Source of the DNA: Diploschistes diacapsis
Taxonomy: Eukaryota
Direction of reading: 5' to 3'
NCBI GenBank assembly: GCA_023645945.1
Contig: JALAIB010000043.1
Coordinates: 1-41,995 of the forward strand
DNA: 41,995 bases
This document shows positions 9,553 through 21,500 of this stretch, one piece after another. Within the stretch, counting starts at the first letter, position 1. The number at the start of each line of letters is the position of its first letter. A program made the translations under genes and the position numbers. The notes beneath the pieces were generated by a model. That model was not told the origin of the DNA, did not search any database, and saw nothing but the letters and a program-made list of their open reading frames with translations.

Positions 9553-11683
9553 GCATCCACCACCGGCCACACTAGTGGCTCTACCAGGACCCAACTACTC
9601 CCAGTACCACTTCAAACTTGTTGTTCCCCTAGCACCCTGTCCAATCTTCACCACTACCTCCCACTCCTACCAGATCATCAAGTGCTAAGCACAGTCTACT
9701 AGCCAATTTAATAATATCGCCAGGCACGCGCACAAACCACCACAAGTCCCGGCGAAGTACAGCATTGTCCGGATTTGGCCCCTGGTGTTGTTGTGCCTCG
9801 ACCATCCCCTCGTGGCAATCCGATACAGCTTGCCATCGCCCCAAAATCTCTGTGGTGGGTGTGCCTTTTGCATCTGGGAATTCGGTAATTGGGCACTAGA
9901 AGCTTAGAACAACTAGATCTGTTTATGGATTTTAGACATCTATTTCCGTCAGCTCAAGATGCAACACCGGCCTCACCTCCCTCCGCTTCCACTTTTTTCT
10001 CCTACAAGTCTCTGGCGTCATGACATTGGCTCCGAATTTAGTGTCTCAATTCCTCATGCCTTGAGCCGAGGTAGCGTCCTTTTCCTATTTTTCTTATCTC
10101 TTTCTTTCCCCTGGTAACCTTCTGCCTCGTCGGTGAAAAGCTGGCTTGGTCTGTGAACTTTATAGGAGACTGCCTTCCACTGGACGACGGTACGACGGTA
10201 ATTCTCAGCATTTGTCTCTGACGTGACTTGGTAGAGGGCTGCAGGCTACTGCACAAGTCTCCTCCCGCTACTTGCAGGTAGATAGACATCGCATCCTTGA
10301 CTGACATTCCCGCTGCCCTGGTCACACTTTCTGGTAGATCCTTGCAGGGAAGCCTACTCCAGGTTTTTTTCCAAGCCCCCTACACCCTGGCTTTCTGACT
10401 GGCTGCTCCAAATATACGGTCCGATATCCAGAACCGGCTCCTCTGAATCTTAGCATCCAAACTTGGTCTCCTCCTTCAACCCGGCTCTTTCCTTGCCCTC
10501 CCTCCGTACCGGTATCCCTCCCACGCGTCACTCGCAGCAAAGACCCTTGGCCATTTGACAACAAACTGACATCCGCCACAGCAGAGGCAAAGCCCGACTC
10601 TCATCGCCGAAGTCAGCTTAATTGGGCCCCCGTCGGACGGAACACTAATCTGCTTTCATCACCTGCTTCCTCCTTTCGGGAAACCACTGGCGGACGCATG
10701 GCTGATGGAAGGACTCGCTACTGTCGACCATGTCTCAATCTTGCGAGCCCCAGCTGTGACGGCAGATCCTGAGTAACGAGGGAAACTGCCGCGAACCGGC
10801 TCAGCCACTGAAACAACTAACAGCCTCTTGTCTGATACATCACGCCAGCTCAGATCTTTGAACCAAGTGCTAGGGGCCTCGGCGCGCTAGGGCGAAGCGA
10901 GCAGCTGTCAAAGACTAGACTTCCTCAACTTGCGGCTTGTCAGTCTGTTCATTCCAGAAGGACCCATGTCCCTGTTGTTGCGGGATTGCGCCTTCCCCCT
11001 CTGTCTCGGTTTCTTTGGAGAACCACTTGCCGTATTCAGAGCGCCTACTCCATCATCGACCTTGTGCCGTATGACAAACCCGCTTTGCCTGAAGAACCGA
11101 TTGCGTGGTAGATATCGTCAACGAACAAAAAAAAATATAACCTCGACTTCCTTCCCAACTTTCTCCCGTTACGACATCCCACCGGACGCAATCCATTCTT
11201 GAAGCAACGGATCCTCCCATCTTTCTACTCTCCTTTAGTACTCGTGATATCGGAACATCGTGCTACTGTTTTTGGTTCGTCTAATCAAGCAACAGTTCCC
11301 CTGCAAGTGATCGTCGTCCATTCGATATCTTGCAGATCAACTACTATTGCTCCCAGCCTGTTGGTTCCGTCTCAAAGGTCCAACGGTCACAATATCGGAT
11401 TACAATACAGCTGTGCCAGGGCTTTGCCACCCCTTGTTATAATAGTACATATCTCTTAATCAGGAGCAGCGAGACTGCTTTGCCATCCTTTCGTTCAAGC
11501 ATTTTCCTTTTCTCTCCAAACCAATTCGGCTAGTCCGATCCAGTATCGTTTCCCCTGTACCAAGGGCAGATACTCCGGCCTCTCTACCGGGGGAACGTTG
11601 TCTTGGAGGCTTAAGCGAACGCATGTTAGCAGTTTTGATCCGGTAATTGGAGCCAAAGGGCTTGAGTCTACGCGTGGGGAAAC

Positions 11684-12734
11684 ATGCCTTCGGCTTCATC
11701 TTCTTCTTCTTCATCACGGCGAGCCCAGAAAGAGGTGCTGCCGCCGCTAAGTGTGGTATGTCATCCTCGACGAGTGCTAATCTATCAAGCTCACGGTTTC
11801 GAAAGGTCCTCCCGGAGATGCATACTACCAGACCAGATCCAGACGGGACATATCCTCGAACCCTAGACGACTCCCCGCTTGGTCCAACTTCCAGAGCAGG
11901 AGCCAGTGGTCTGGCGCCATCGCCCAGAGGCTCGGGCAGCAGCAGGAGTCGTGCGCAGTATGCAAACCATCTCTCGCACCGTAGTGACTCGTCCATCTCA
12001 TCTAATCTCTCCGAAAGGCCCAGCAGCTTCGCAGGCTCCTCGAGCAGCCACGCCTCTACAAATCGAAGCAGCCCAGCAATACCCCCAGCCCGAACGTCGG
12101 CGCAACTGCCCGAGCGACCTCTGGAGCGCCGGAACCTGCCCCCCATCAACACACACGGCGAGGCGTCGAGGCCCACGGATCCTCGATACGCGGGTTCCCC
12201 CACCTCGGCCAGGTACCCGGCCCAACCTGGCCCTGGGATGCCCGTACAAGGTTACGGGAGCCAATATCCTGGCGCACCGTCCTACTCCGGTCCCAGCGCA
12301 TCCGCTGGTTACTCTCTGAATTTTGACAACCTGAGCGACTACGGTGATGGCAACAAGAAACGGAGACGAGGCAACCTTCCGAAGCATGTGACCGACATCC
12401 TCCGCAGTTGGTTCCAAGATCATATCGCCCACCCGTATCCGACCGAGGATGAGAAAGTCGGTTTGATGCAAATGACCGGGCTGAGCATGAGTCAGGTATG
12501 TCTTGTGGGGAAAAGGGCAGCAAACTACTTCGTCGCCTAGGCTCTTTGCGATTGCTGATATGATCTGCCCCTTGTATTTCCCGGTCATGGTAGCTGACAA
12601 GCATGTAGATAAGCAACTGGTTCATCAATGCCCGGAGACGCAGTTTGCCGCAAATACAGCGGCAGGCGCAGGCGGAGCAGGAGCTACGGGAAAATCAGGG
12701 CAAAATGATGCAAAGGGGGCATGGGGGCTCGTGA
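11684..12734 (+). CDS. TALE/KN-class homeobox transcription factor (Cup9/Tos8/TGIF-like); exons 11684-11755, 11806-12495, 12609-12734
   Basis: Splicing rebuilds KKRRRGNLPKHVTDILRSWFQDHIAHPYPTEDEK...LSMSQ|ISNWFINARRR, with the TALE HPYP loop and the WFINARRR recognition helix. Introns are GTATGT..AAG (50 nt) and GTATGT..GCTGAC..TAG (113 nt). N-terminal LPPLSVVLPE motif. Confidence 0.92.
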
Positions 12735-13482
12735 TGCAGGGGCTTGGGAGAGCTGGCTTGTTTCGCCCTTTTCCAGAGTTCCGTAGCACACACCCTCTCG
12801 GCGGTCCTAGGAAATGCCGGATCGACGCCGGAACGGTCTTGGGGGATATGGCTTGGCAACCGTTTTTTGGGTCAATGCATCTTTAACGAGAGCAGGTAAT
12901 TGTTATGCCGACAGTGGCCTTTTGCAAACCATTTGGGACCAGTTGGGGGGGATTTTGTTTCTTGGCATGGCGTTTATGAGACTTAAGTCCGGCGGCTAGC
13001 GATCCTTGGGAATGAATGGTGTTCGGTTACGGATACGGATTTGGAGAAGGACTGGGAAGGTTCGATCAGGAAGGAAAGGAAGAGAAGACTTATCGAGGCA
13101 ACTCCCAACAGCCCTAGCCCGCGCACAGGATGTGTCGAGCTGTCGAGCTGAGCTTCACGATATATGTTATCTGCTAGGGAAGGAGTAGGGAATCGATTCC
13201 GCCGTTGGCTTGGGCTGTGTTTGAGAAGGTTGGGCGTTATTTGAGGTTATTGGAGAGGAGGCACGCATCTCTTGAGACGGGAGGAAGGAGAACGGGAACG
13301 TCTTGGATTCAGGCGGAAGCCGAGAGGTCTGTTGTACGGTATCGTTCCGCCGAGGAGAGGGCCGGGAAGACGTATTAGGATAGCGAATGCTTGTCCGTGC
13401 AGAACTCAGGCGCCATTTCCGCCCTCCGACGTTGACGTCCTTTATCATAGTTTCCCTCCTGTCGCGTCCCCAGCATAATTGT

Positions 13483-13506
13483 AGTGTAGTGCAGTGCAGT
13501 GCAGTA
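13483..13506. repeat. (AGTGY)n pentamer microsatellite
   Basis: agtgtagtgcagtgcagtgcagta. Confidence 0.7.
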
Positions 13507-16500
13507 CATCAATTTGGGAAAAGGGGGGGGTTATGGTCGAAGACTTGAAAAACACCGAAAGCATATCTGACCCCGCCTGTTTATTTCTGTCATGCAGTCT
13601 GGCCCTCCGGGCCCTGGCCGCTGATATTCCCCTTTCTCTTTCTCATGTTGCTAGCCGTCGTCCCCGATCGGCCCCTTGATCGGACCTTGTTGGACCGCTC
13701 CTATACCGGTTAAAAAACGGCGCGTTCCTGACAAGCACCCAACGGACACGACGACAGCGCAAAAGCGGCTTCACCCCCCGCTTACTACTAACTACCCCCA
13801 AGGACTTCCTTGGCATAAAAGGGCATCGACGCTAGCCGGCTCACGCCAACCAGGTAGGTTCTATAGTGTCCTGCGCCCCATTAAACTTTCTCTCGCATCC
13901 ACTTCCCCGTAGATGCGTTGTGTTTACCTTTTTTTTTCTTTTCCCGTCCTACTTCTCTCTCGATCGAGAACAGAAGTTAGCATTGAACCACGGCCATAGC
14001 CCGATAGGGGGGGTCATCGTTGTGCCCCTACCTACAGCACTCTTCTTCTTTCCGGATCCGGCAATACTTGGCAATATCCCCATTTCGTGTGGTTCGAAAG
14101 CGGGACGAGAAGGATGGTGGGGGCAAGCGGCCTAGCAAAGGATGGAACGGGACGAAGCAACTGCGGAACGAACGAGAAGAGGCCGACGTGGGACACGGCG
14201 GTGGATGGAGGGTGACGTTGCTCGCATCTGAGGACGTTAGCGGAGGTTGAGTGGAGGCCTTACCAATTTGGGCTGAGGACTGAATAGAATCGATTGCCTT
14301 GCTGTGAGGCGGGCGTCCTGTGAGGGGGTTTTTGTACCCACATACATGCATCTGCCTTGGTAGACTTTTCTTCTTCTCTTATTAATCTGGAAGTAGTACC
14401 TGCATGTGATATCTGAAATTGAGGAGAATGGACCACTATGAGGACCTCATCCGGGTTTGGAACTCTGCGGAGGCGGACTGGGACATATTGCAACCACCGT
14501 GGTCGTGTCTCCTTCCCAAAGTCTTGGGGAATAGGACTTACCGGGAGTCAGCCAGGCCTGTTTCGGATGGCTAGAGAATTTGGGATTGGAATGAATGTAT
14601 GGAACAAGGCAAGTGATGAACCGAGGAGGCGCGGCAGCTCCGGAAAGAGAGAGTTGCCGCGTAAGCCGAACGCCAGATGCTTTCCTAAAGAGTCAAGTAT
14701 AGGATAAGTTGTCCAAACTCAATATCAGAGACGAGGATAGGGAACAGAACAGACGTGGGTACGTCCTTGTCGAAGGATAGGGGACAATAGACCGAGTGGA
14801 GATGTGCCGCTTTGGCCATATCTTCTTTTCTGTGGAGAATAGAATACTCAGGAATCGAGTCATTGACTCAGAACATGTAGTGCGGAAGAATCGATCAGAT
14901 GTAGAAGTCTCGCCGCAGAATTGTCAGGTACGCCATGGAAAAGCGAATGTAGGGTCATCGAAAAGGGTACTCTGACTTCGACACTAGGAAAGTATCCATC
15001 TTCTTCCCTGGTTGGGCATTGAGGATGAAATGAGGGGCGGAAGGAAATTTCCACAGCTGTGCTCTTCCTAATTCGTATGCTCACTGTCTGAATCCAGAGG
15101 AAGACCTTGTAGAGAGTATTCATGGATGCCAAAGTCGATAAGACGAAAATCTTTGGGTTACTACAAATGGATGCTCTATGCTTGCGGCACCTATCGGAAT
15201 CTGTTCAACCAACGATTACACGTTTCCGCTTATTTGCCCCTTGTTGACATTCAACATCCATCAAGGACAATAGTAGAGAGTGCTCGTGCTTCGTACGCAT
15301 CTTTTGAATGGACGGATAGACATGTGGCCTTGAGATAGCCAGGTAGATTGCTATCGGGCGACGTGGTCGTGAGGATTGATTATTGAAAACTGGGCCCTGG
15401 TTTTCCAGCATCTGCCTGTCAGTTCAGTTTGCTCTAGACATGGATCAATCATCAATCTATTGCGAATCCCCAGAACGTCCCAATCCATGAGTTTCAGGAA
15501 ATAAGCAGACTCGGGAGCTGTGCTGAACGAAGCAAAGCGGATGACCTCCAAGAAATAAGGGAAGCCATAACGATACTCGCTCCACAACATACTGAAGTAC
15601 AAAAATGCTGTTACGAAGCACATCACTTTCTTCAAACGTATATTTTCGTACTTCCGGGACTGCAGGTCGCGCAAGTACGCAACTAGGGAGACGTCAAGCT
15701 CTACCTACCAATGTTTCGGGTATGTGAATTCGAGAGATTCCCTTCGTTTTGTGCGCTGTCATGGAGTTTTGGCAAGTAGAGAACGCTATTTCTCCGCACG
15801 ATGGCTTGACAGTATGCTCGATTGGCTTCCTAGACCAAACCCCACAGTCTGGACGCCAGTGAACCCGAATATCTCTGCCCCGTTATTTTGGCTTCTTTCC
15901 ACTATATGTTCTTCGCGATAATGGTGCTGCGATATCGCTGCATGCATGACCGGTAGCCAGAGAGCTAGGCATGGCTAGCCACAAGATGCATCAGATGTGA
16001 CGTCGAGAGATAGATATAGGATTACAAGATCCAGTTCTGGACACTTTTGCGTGATCTGTGGGACAGTCACTTCAACTGTTGCAACTCTTTGACGTCAATG
16101 CCGTCCAGAATGTCAAAAGAGTGTAGCCGCGGTCACATTCGGGCGGAATTGCAAATTTCCCACCAGTATTGGCACTGTGAGGAACAGCCAAAACTAACGT
16201 TAAGCCTTGGTGAGCATATTTGCGGTCTGACTTCAACTCTAGCTGGATAGAATACGAGGTCGGCTTTGTGTCGGAAACTTTATGTTAGCTGTGAAGACTT
16301 CTATAAGAGCGATGCGAGCCAAAAGGGGAAATCGCCATAAAGGTTGTTGTGGTACAAGATATGAGCAATATTGGAACTGGCCCCCTTACATCAGGTTGGG
16401 AGTTTGCCAAGCAATGGCAGATACAGCGGCCTCTCCTGAATCTGAGAGCGCTTGAAAAGTGTTGTAGTCTACCGCACTTACTGTACATATGTTGATTTTG

Positions 16501-18565
16501 TATTCATCTACCGCTAAGGAGACTGAATTTGTATTGGATCTTAACTTTGGGCTCTTCAGAAATAAGATGGGGGATCTAGATTGTTATACCGAAGGCACAT
16601 TGATGACTCGAGCAGAGTTCCCCTGCAGACATGTATCTTAAAAAGCAGCATTTTGTTGGTCTGGAGATGGCGGCAAAGGACAAAATTGAACAGGATTTCA
16701 TCAACAACTTGACCCCGGGATTTAAAGAGGCAGCTTCGGTTCAGGCGAAGCTATGCACGATTCAAAAAAGAAAACAGGAACCAACCTTGGAGAGCAAATT
16801 CTCGGTAGTTTGACTCGAGGTGATAACATCAGCATCGTAGGTGGTTGTACTTTGTTAGGGATGGAGTTTCGGAAAGATTAACCTGCTATAGAAGCCGGTG
16901 AACAGCCTATCCTCTCAAGGGCGATCAAAAGGGAAAGAAAAAGCATCGCATCCTTGTTCCATTAGGAGATATCGAATGTGCAGAAGTTTGACTCGGCCAG
17001 CAAAACCCTCACAGTACGTTGAACAGCGAACTCGGGTCGTGCTCCGTAACGAAGACTAGCACACGGCACGAGAATAATCTGTATATGAGAATGAAAGCCT
17101 TTGATATGTCCTCTTCTTGGTGGGTTGAGTGGATCTTCACGCTTGGAACCAACTCCCCTAGGTTTCCATGTTTCTGGCTCTCCGTTGAAACTTATTCGTC
17201 CCCATAACGCAAACGCCGATTCGATGAACAACTTGTACCGCTATTTCGAAGGAAGTTGAACAGCTTTTCCTAATGAGATGGCCATAGATCGGCCTCACAG
17301 ACAGTACGCGCGTGTGGAAGGGCCGAACTTCAACATTCGCCGAGACACTTTCGTTGTTCCGACCTTGATAGGTTGTACGTAAGTGCATTCTGTCACATTA
17401 ATGTCCAGTTGTCTCACGTTCTTCTTCACTCTGTGATGCAGTTGTAGATTTGAGCAAGAGGTGCCCCATCCCACCAATGACGCACAGGGTAGCTCTTAGG
17501 GACTTTTTAGAATGCGTCTAGATCCTGCATGGCTGCAGCGTGGCTTCAACTATTCGGTACCTTGTAGACTTGGGCTTTTTAGCGCTTATCAGAAATACCC
17601 TTGGCTGCCGGTGGGTGTTCCAGAACTAGAATACTTCTATTCAAGTTCCGTGTGTTCACCTTCATTACTGCCACGCTAAGTTTACGTCGCCGGACGCCGA
17701 TGGTAGAAACACCTGCAGGTTGCATGATTGTGTACCAGTCGAAAGTAAGAGTGGTGCCTAGGAAGGCATTTAGCTGCTGTTTGGCCAAGCCACACAACGT
17801 CTAAAAACCCCAAGCAAGTAGATACTAGATAGTAGATAGACGGAGCGGACCATTTTCGACGTGACCTCGTATTCAAAAGCTCTTGCCGCCTATCGGATAA
17901 CCCATACCAGGTTGTGGGAGCATGCCAGGCATTCTCGTCTCGATGGCTATCTCGTGAGTGCAGTGGCTCACTAGATGACGTCTTGTATATCGAGATGTGG
18001 TGTCCTATGTGGTTGCTTTTGAGAGTCCTTGAACTCCAGAGGTTAGCGAGGCGTGATATGAGCCTCATGTACTAAGACAGGTACTGTAAAACTCGAGTAT
18101 AGAAGATGTATGTCCAGGAGGGAAGATGTGAGAGGGGGAAAATTCCATGCAAATTTGTGGGAGCATCACATTAAGCGAAGATTTGAACCCTTCAGAGGTA
18201 CCACGAGCGACAAGTAAAATCTACTTCAAGGAGTGCTCCAGTTGATAATAACCCCATAGTATCTTGGAGGATTCTTCATGAAATACAGGACTACAGCTTC
18301 TCGCTACTAGGTCTCATCAAACAATGCAGGAGATAGCGATCCCATGCGGTCCTATAACGCTCATAATAATGAAATATTTGCATTGAAAGCCAGTCCACTC
18401 CCTCTCTAATTCCTCGACAATCATTATTCAGTGGATATCGCCGCGTGCGTGCGCAAAGAAACTTTCGAAAAGCATGCCTCCGTCCTCATGTCCGAGGAAC
18501 TTTGTTGAATTGACAAGCGAGAAGCAGGAAGCACGTGTCTTCGTTTTGGTGGCACTCTTTCCCAA

Positions 18566-21500
18566 TCATAGCTCATCCTTTACTCTTGCAGTCGCAGACC
18601 CAACCATGCTGCTCACGCTGCTTGCCATCTCCTCCATGCCAAATTGCGCTGCCTTGATGTTGTCTGCTGCGCCTCCACTCGCTTGTTCAGCCATTTCCGC
18701 CAGCTTATCTCGAGCATTCTCTACTAGATCTGAGAGCCGAGCGCTGGCGCTTTCTACTGCACTCTGTTGTTCACCGTAAATAGCTGAGCTAACCTTGGCG
18801 CCAAGGCTGGACGCCGAAGCGCTAACATGAGATGAGGCAGCCGAGAGGTTTTCGCTCGCGGCTAGGGTGGCGGAATCATAAGCTTCAGCTGCTGCACTGG
18901 CTACAGACCCTGTAGTGCCCTGACTGGTTCCATAAATCGCCTCAGAGATTGCGCTTTGAGCAGAGGCGGCAGCGTTCTGGATGGAGCTTTGTGCAGCCTC
19001 TATATAACTGGGCTGTGTGCCGTAAACAGCCTCGGAAATCTTCGATTGTGCAGATTGGTAACTTGCGGCTGCCGTCGAGGTGGCCTCTGCCCAAGAACCT
19101 TTGGATGAGCCGTATAACTGCAGGCTAGCAGCTTCCATTGCAGAGTTTACTTGCTCGCTTGCACTATCAATAATTGCCTCTAGTGTAGCGGGTGGAGTGA
19201 AAACGGAGCTAACGATTGAAGACGCGGAGGCATAAGCTTCGTTGGCATAGGTCGAGGCTGAAGAAGCCATTTGTACTGCACCGGTATAGTATGCTGAACT
19301 CAACCTGTTCATAACGCTCTCTGTGAAGTCGGGCTCTTTCCCAGCCACGAGTTCTGAAATCAGTATCTGAACGGCGGAGAATTGAGCTGCAGCCGAGTCA
19401 GTTGCCTGTGCTGCAAAAGCACTGGCTTGAGAATAAATAGACTCGGCGAAGGGTGTAGGTTGCCCGTACACTTGCTCGCTTGCCCTAGAAACTAAAGCAT
19501 CCCAGTTCTGTGATGCCGCAGCCGAGATTTGGGAAGCTGCCGATTCCGACCAAGGAGTCTCAGAAGGAACGATGCAAGCTCCGGATTTCGAAACCTTGGA
19601 AGCGATGGATTCTACAGGCCCAGTGTAAGTCCCATAAAAAGCTGTACTTGCAGCGTGGGATGCCGACTCAAGCGTAACGGATGCGATGGAGAGGGCAGCA
19701 CTGTATTGTGATGATACAGAGTCCAGAATACTTTGAGCGGGTGATTTGCTAGTTATGCCTGCGACAGAGCTGGCAGACACGAGCGCAGCTTGAAAAACTT
19801 GAGAGGCCTGCTTCGCAGCGTCACTGTATTGACTTTGAGCAGTATCCAAAAGGCCGTGATAGGCCGGACCAGGGGTGCCAAGAATGGCTTCAGAAGCTTG
19901 ATTGTAGAGGCTCTGATAAACTGGTGTAGGTGCTCCATACACAGCTTGCGATGCGGCGGTTACAAATTCAGAATACCTATCATGAGCTAGTCCAATGCCC
20001 TCGTAGTATCGTCTCTTAGCTTCAATCAGATATTGCTCGTGGGTGGCGGTAGGCGTCGCCCCAAGGGCCGTACGAGCACTTTCATATTGGGCGGAAGCAG
20101 CTCGAATCCCTTCAGACAAACGCGAAGATGCCACAGCAGAGATTGACTCTAGTGCGCCTTGTGTTGGTCCAGCAACGTAACTGTTGAGCGCATCTGTTGC
20201 AAAGGCGTGCTGTGAACTTGCCATGCTTATCAAACTCGAATATCGCGCGGAAGCCTCGGATATGAGTGATTCATGAATGGGGGTGGATGTTGCTCCAACA
20301 GCAGTTTTGGCAGCATTCAGCTGTGCCAATGCCACATCACGCGCCGCGGAGTATTTCGCATTCGCAGCGGCAATCATTGACTGCTGCATACTTGGCGGAG
20401 ATCCCCATACTGCAGAAGATGCTGAAGTTAGCGCAGAGTCTAGACGCTTGCTTGCAGCGGCCATGGAATCACTGTATGCGGATTCAAATGAGGATAGAAG
20501 TTTCTGATGAGCAGGATCAGGTGTTTCAGATATCCGGATGGAGGCAATGGACAGAGCATGGTCGTATTGTTCTCGCACAGTTTTTGTGGCTTCTGCATAC
20601 TGTGCTTTAGCCTGTGAGATGACAGACTCGTGAACAGGCAGTGGAGTGCCGTAAAGCACCGATGAAGCTCTGTTGCAGAATGTTAGGAAATATCAAGACA
20701 AGAGAGTGAACAAACTTACGCAGAAACGGCATCAGAGTATCGATCCGATGCAACCCTTGATAACTTCTCAGCCGCGCCAGGCTCAGGACCGTAGAGCGCT
20801 TGAGAAGCTGCTGCCAAAGCGCTTGAATACTTCTCACCTGCCAATGAGGTCACGCTCTCCACAGCATCTTGAGCGCTGGCTTGCCTTGCTATAGCCTCGT
20901 TCATAGCCTTTGTGAGATCAGCCAGCTTGTCGCTTGCGTTTTCTGCGAACCCATGCAGTTGACCTGAGTAGGAGTTATCATCTTTCAACTCTTCTTCAAA
21001 GATGGGTATCTGTTGTGCCACGTCCTGGGCCATGGCACCGGCAAATATATTGCTAGATGCCGCTGTGGCTATCGATTCCGCACTCGAGCTTGCTTCAGAG
21101 GCCACCCCGAAGGCTTTGCTTAGCATGTTGTCAGATTCAGGAGGTGGAGCGCCGAGAATGACATTTCCGGCCTCCTGGACTACATCGTCCAAAAGACTCT
21201 TCGCTGTTGGCGTGAAGCTCTGGAGCGGTGCCTCTGATGTCCCGATTACACCTTCACTCGCTATAGATACTGCCGAGGCTGCAGACGAGGCCAAACCCTC
21301 GGTATTGATATCTGGCAAGTCAATCAGAGCCTCCGACACTTCTCCAACGATCTTAGTGGCTTTCTCGCTGCCGGCAGAGAGAATGCTTTCATGTAGTGCC
21401 TGCTGAGTTCCTATTACGGCTTGTGAGACCCCAGTGGAAGCTTTCTCAACAACACCGGGCTCTGCGCCGACAATGACCGATGAGGCAGAAGACACAGCGT

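Noticed and set aside
11460..12628. Long minus-strand ORFs (247, 200 and 160 aa)
   Set aside because: Antisense to the homeobox exons; shadow ORFs.
14860..15674. Minus-strand ORFs of 90 and 107 aa
   Set aside because: No recognisable motif or convincing splice structure; cannot be supported as a gene.
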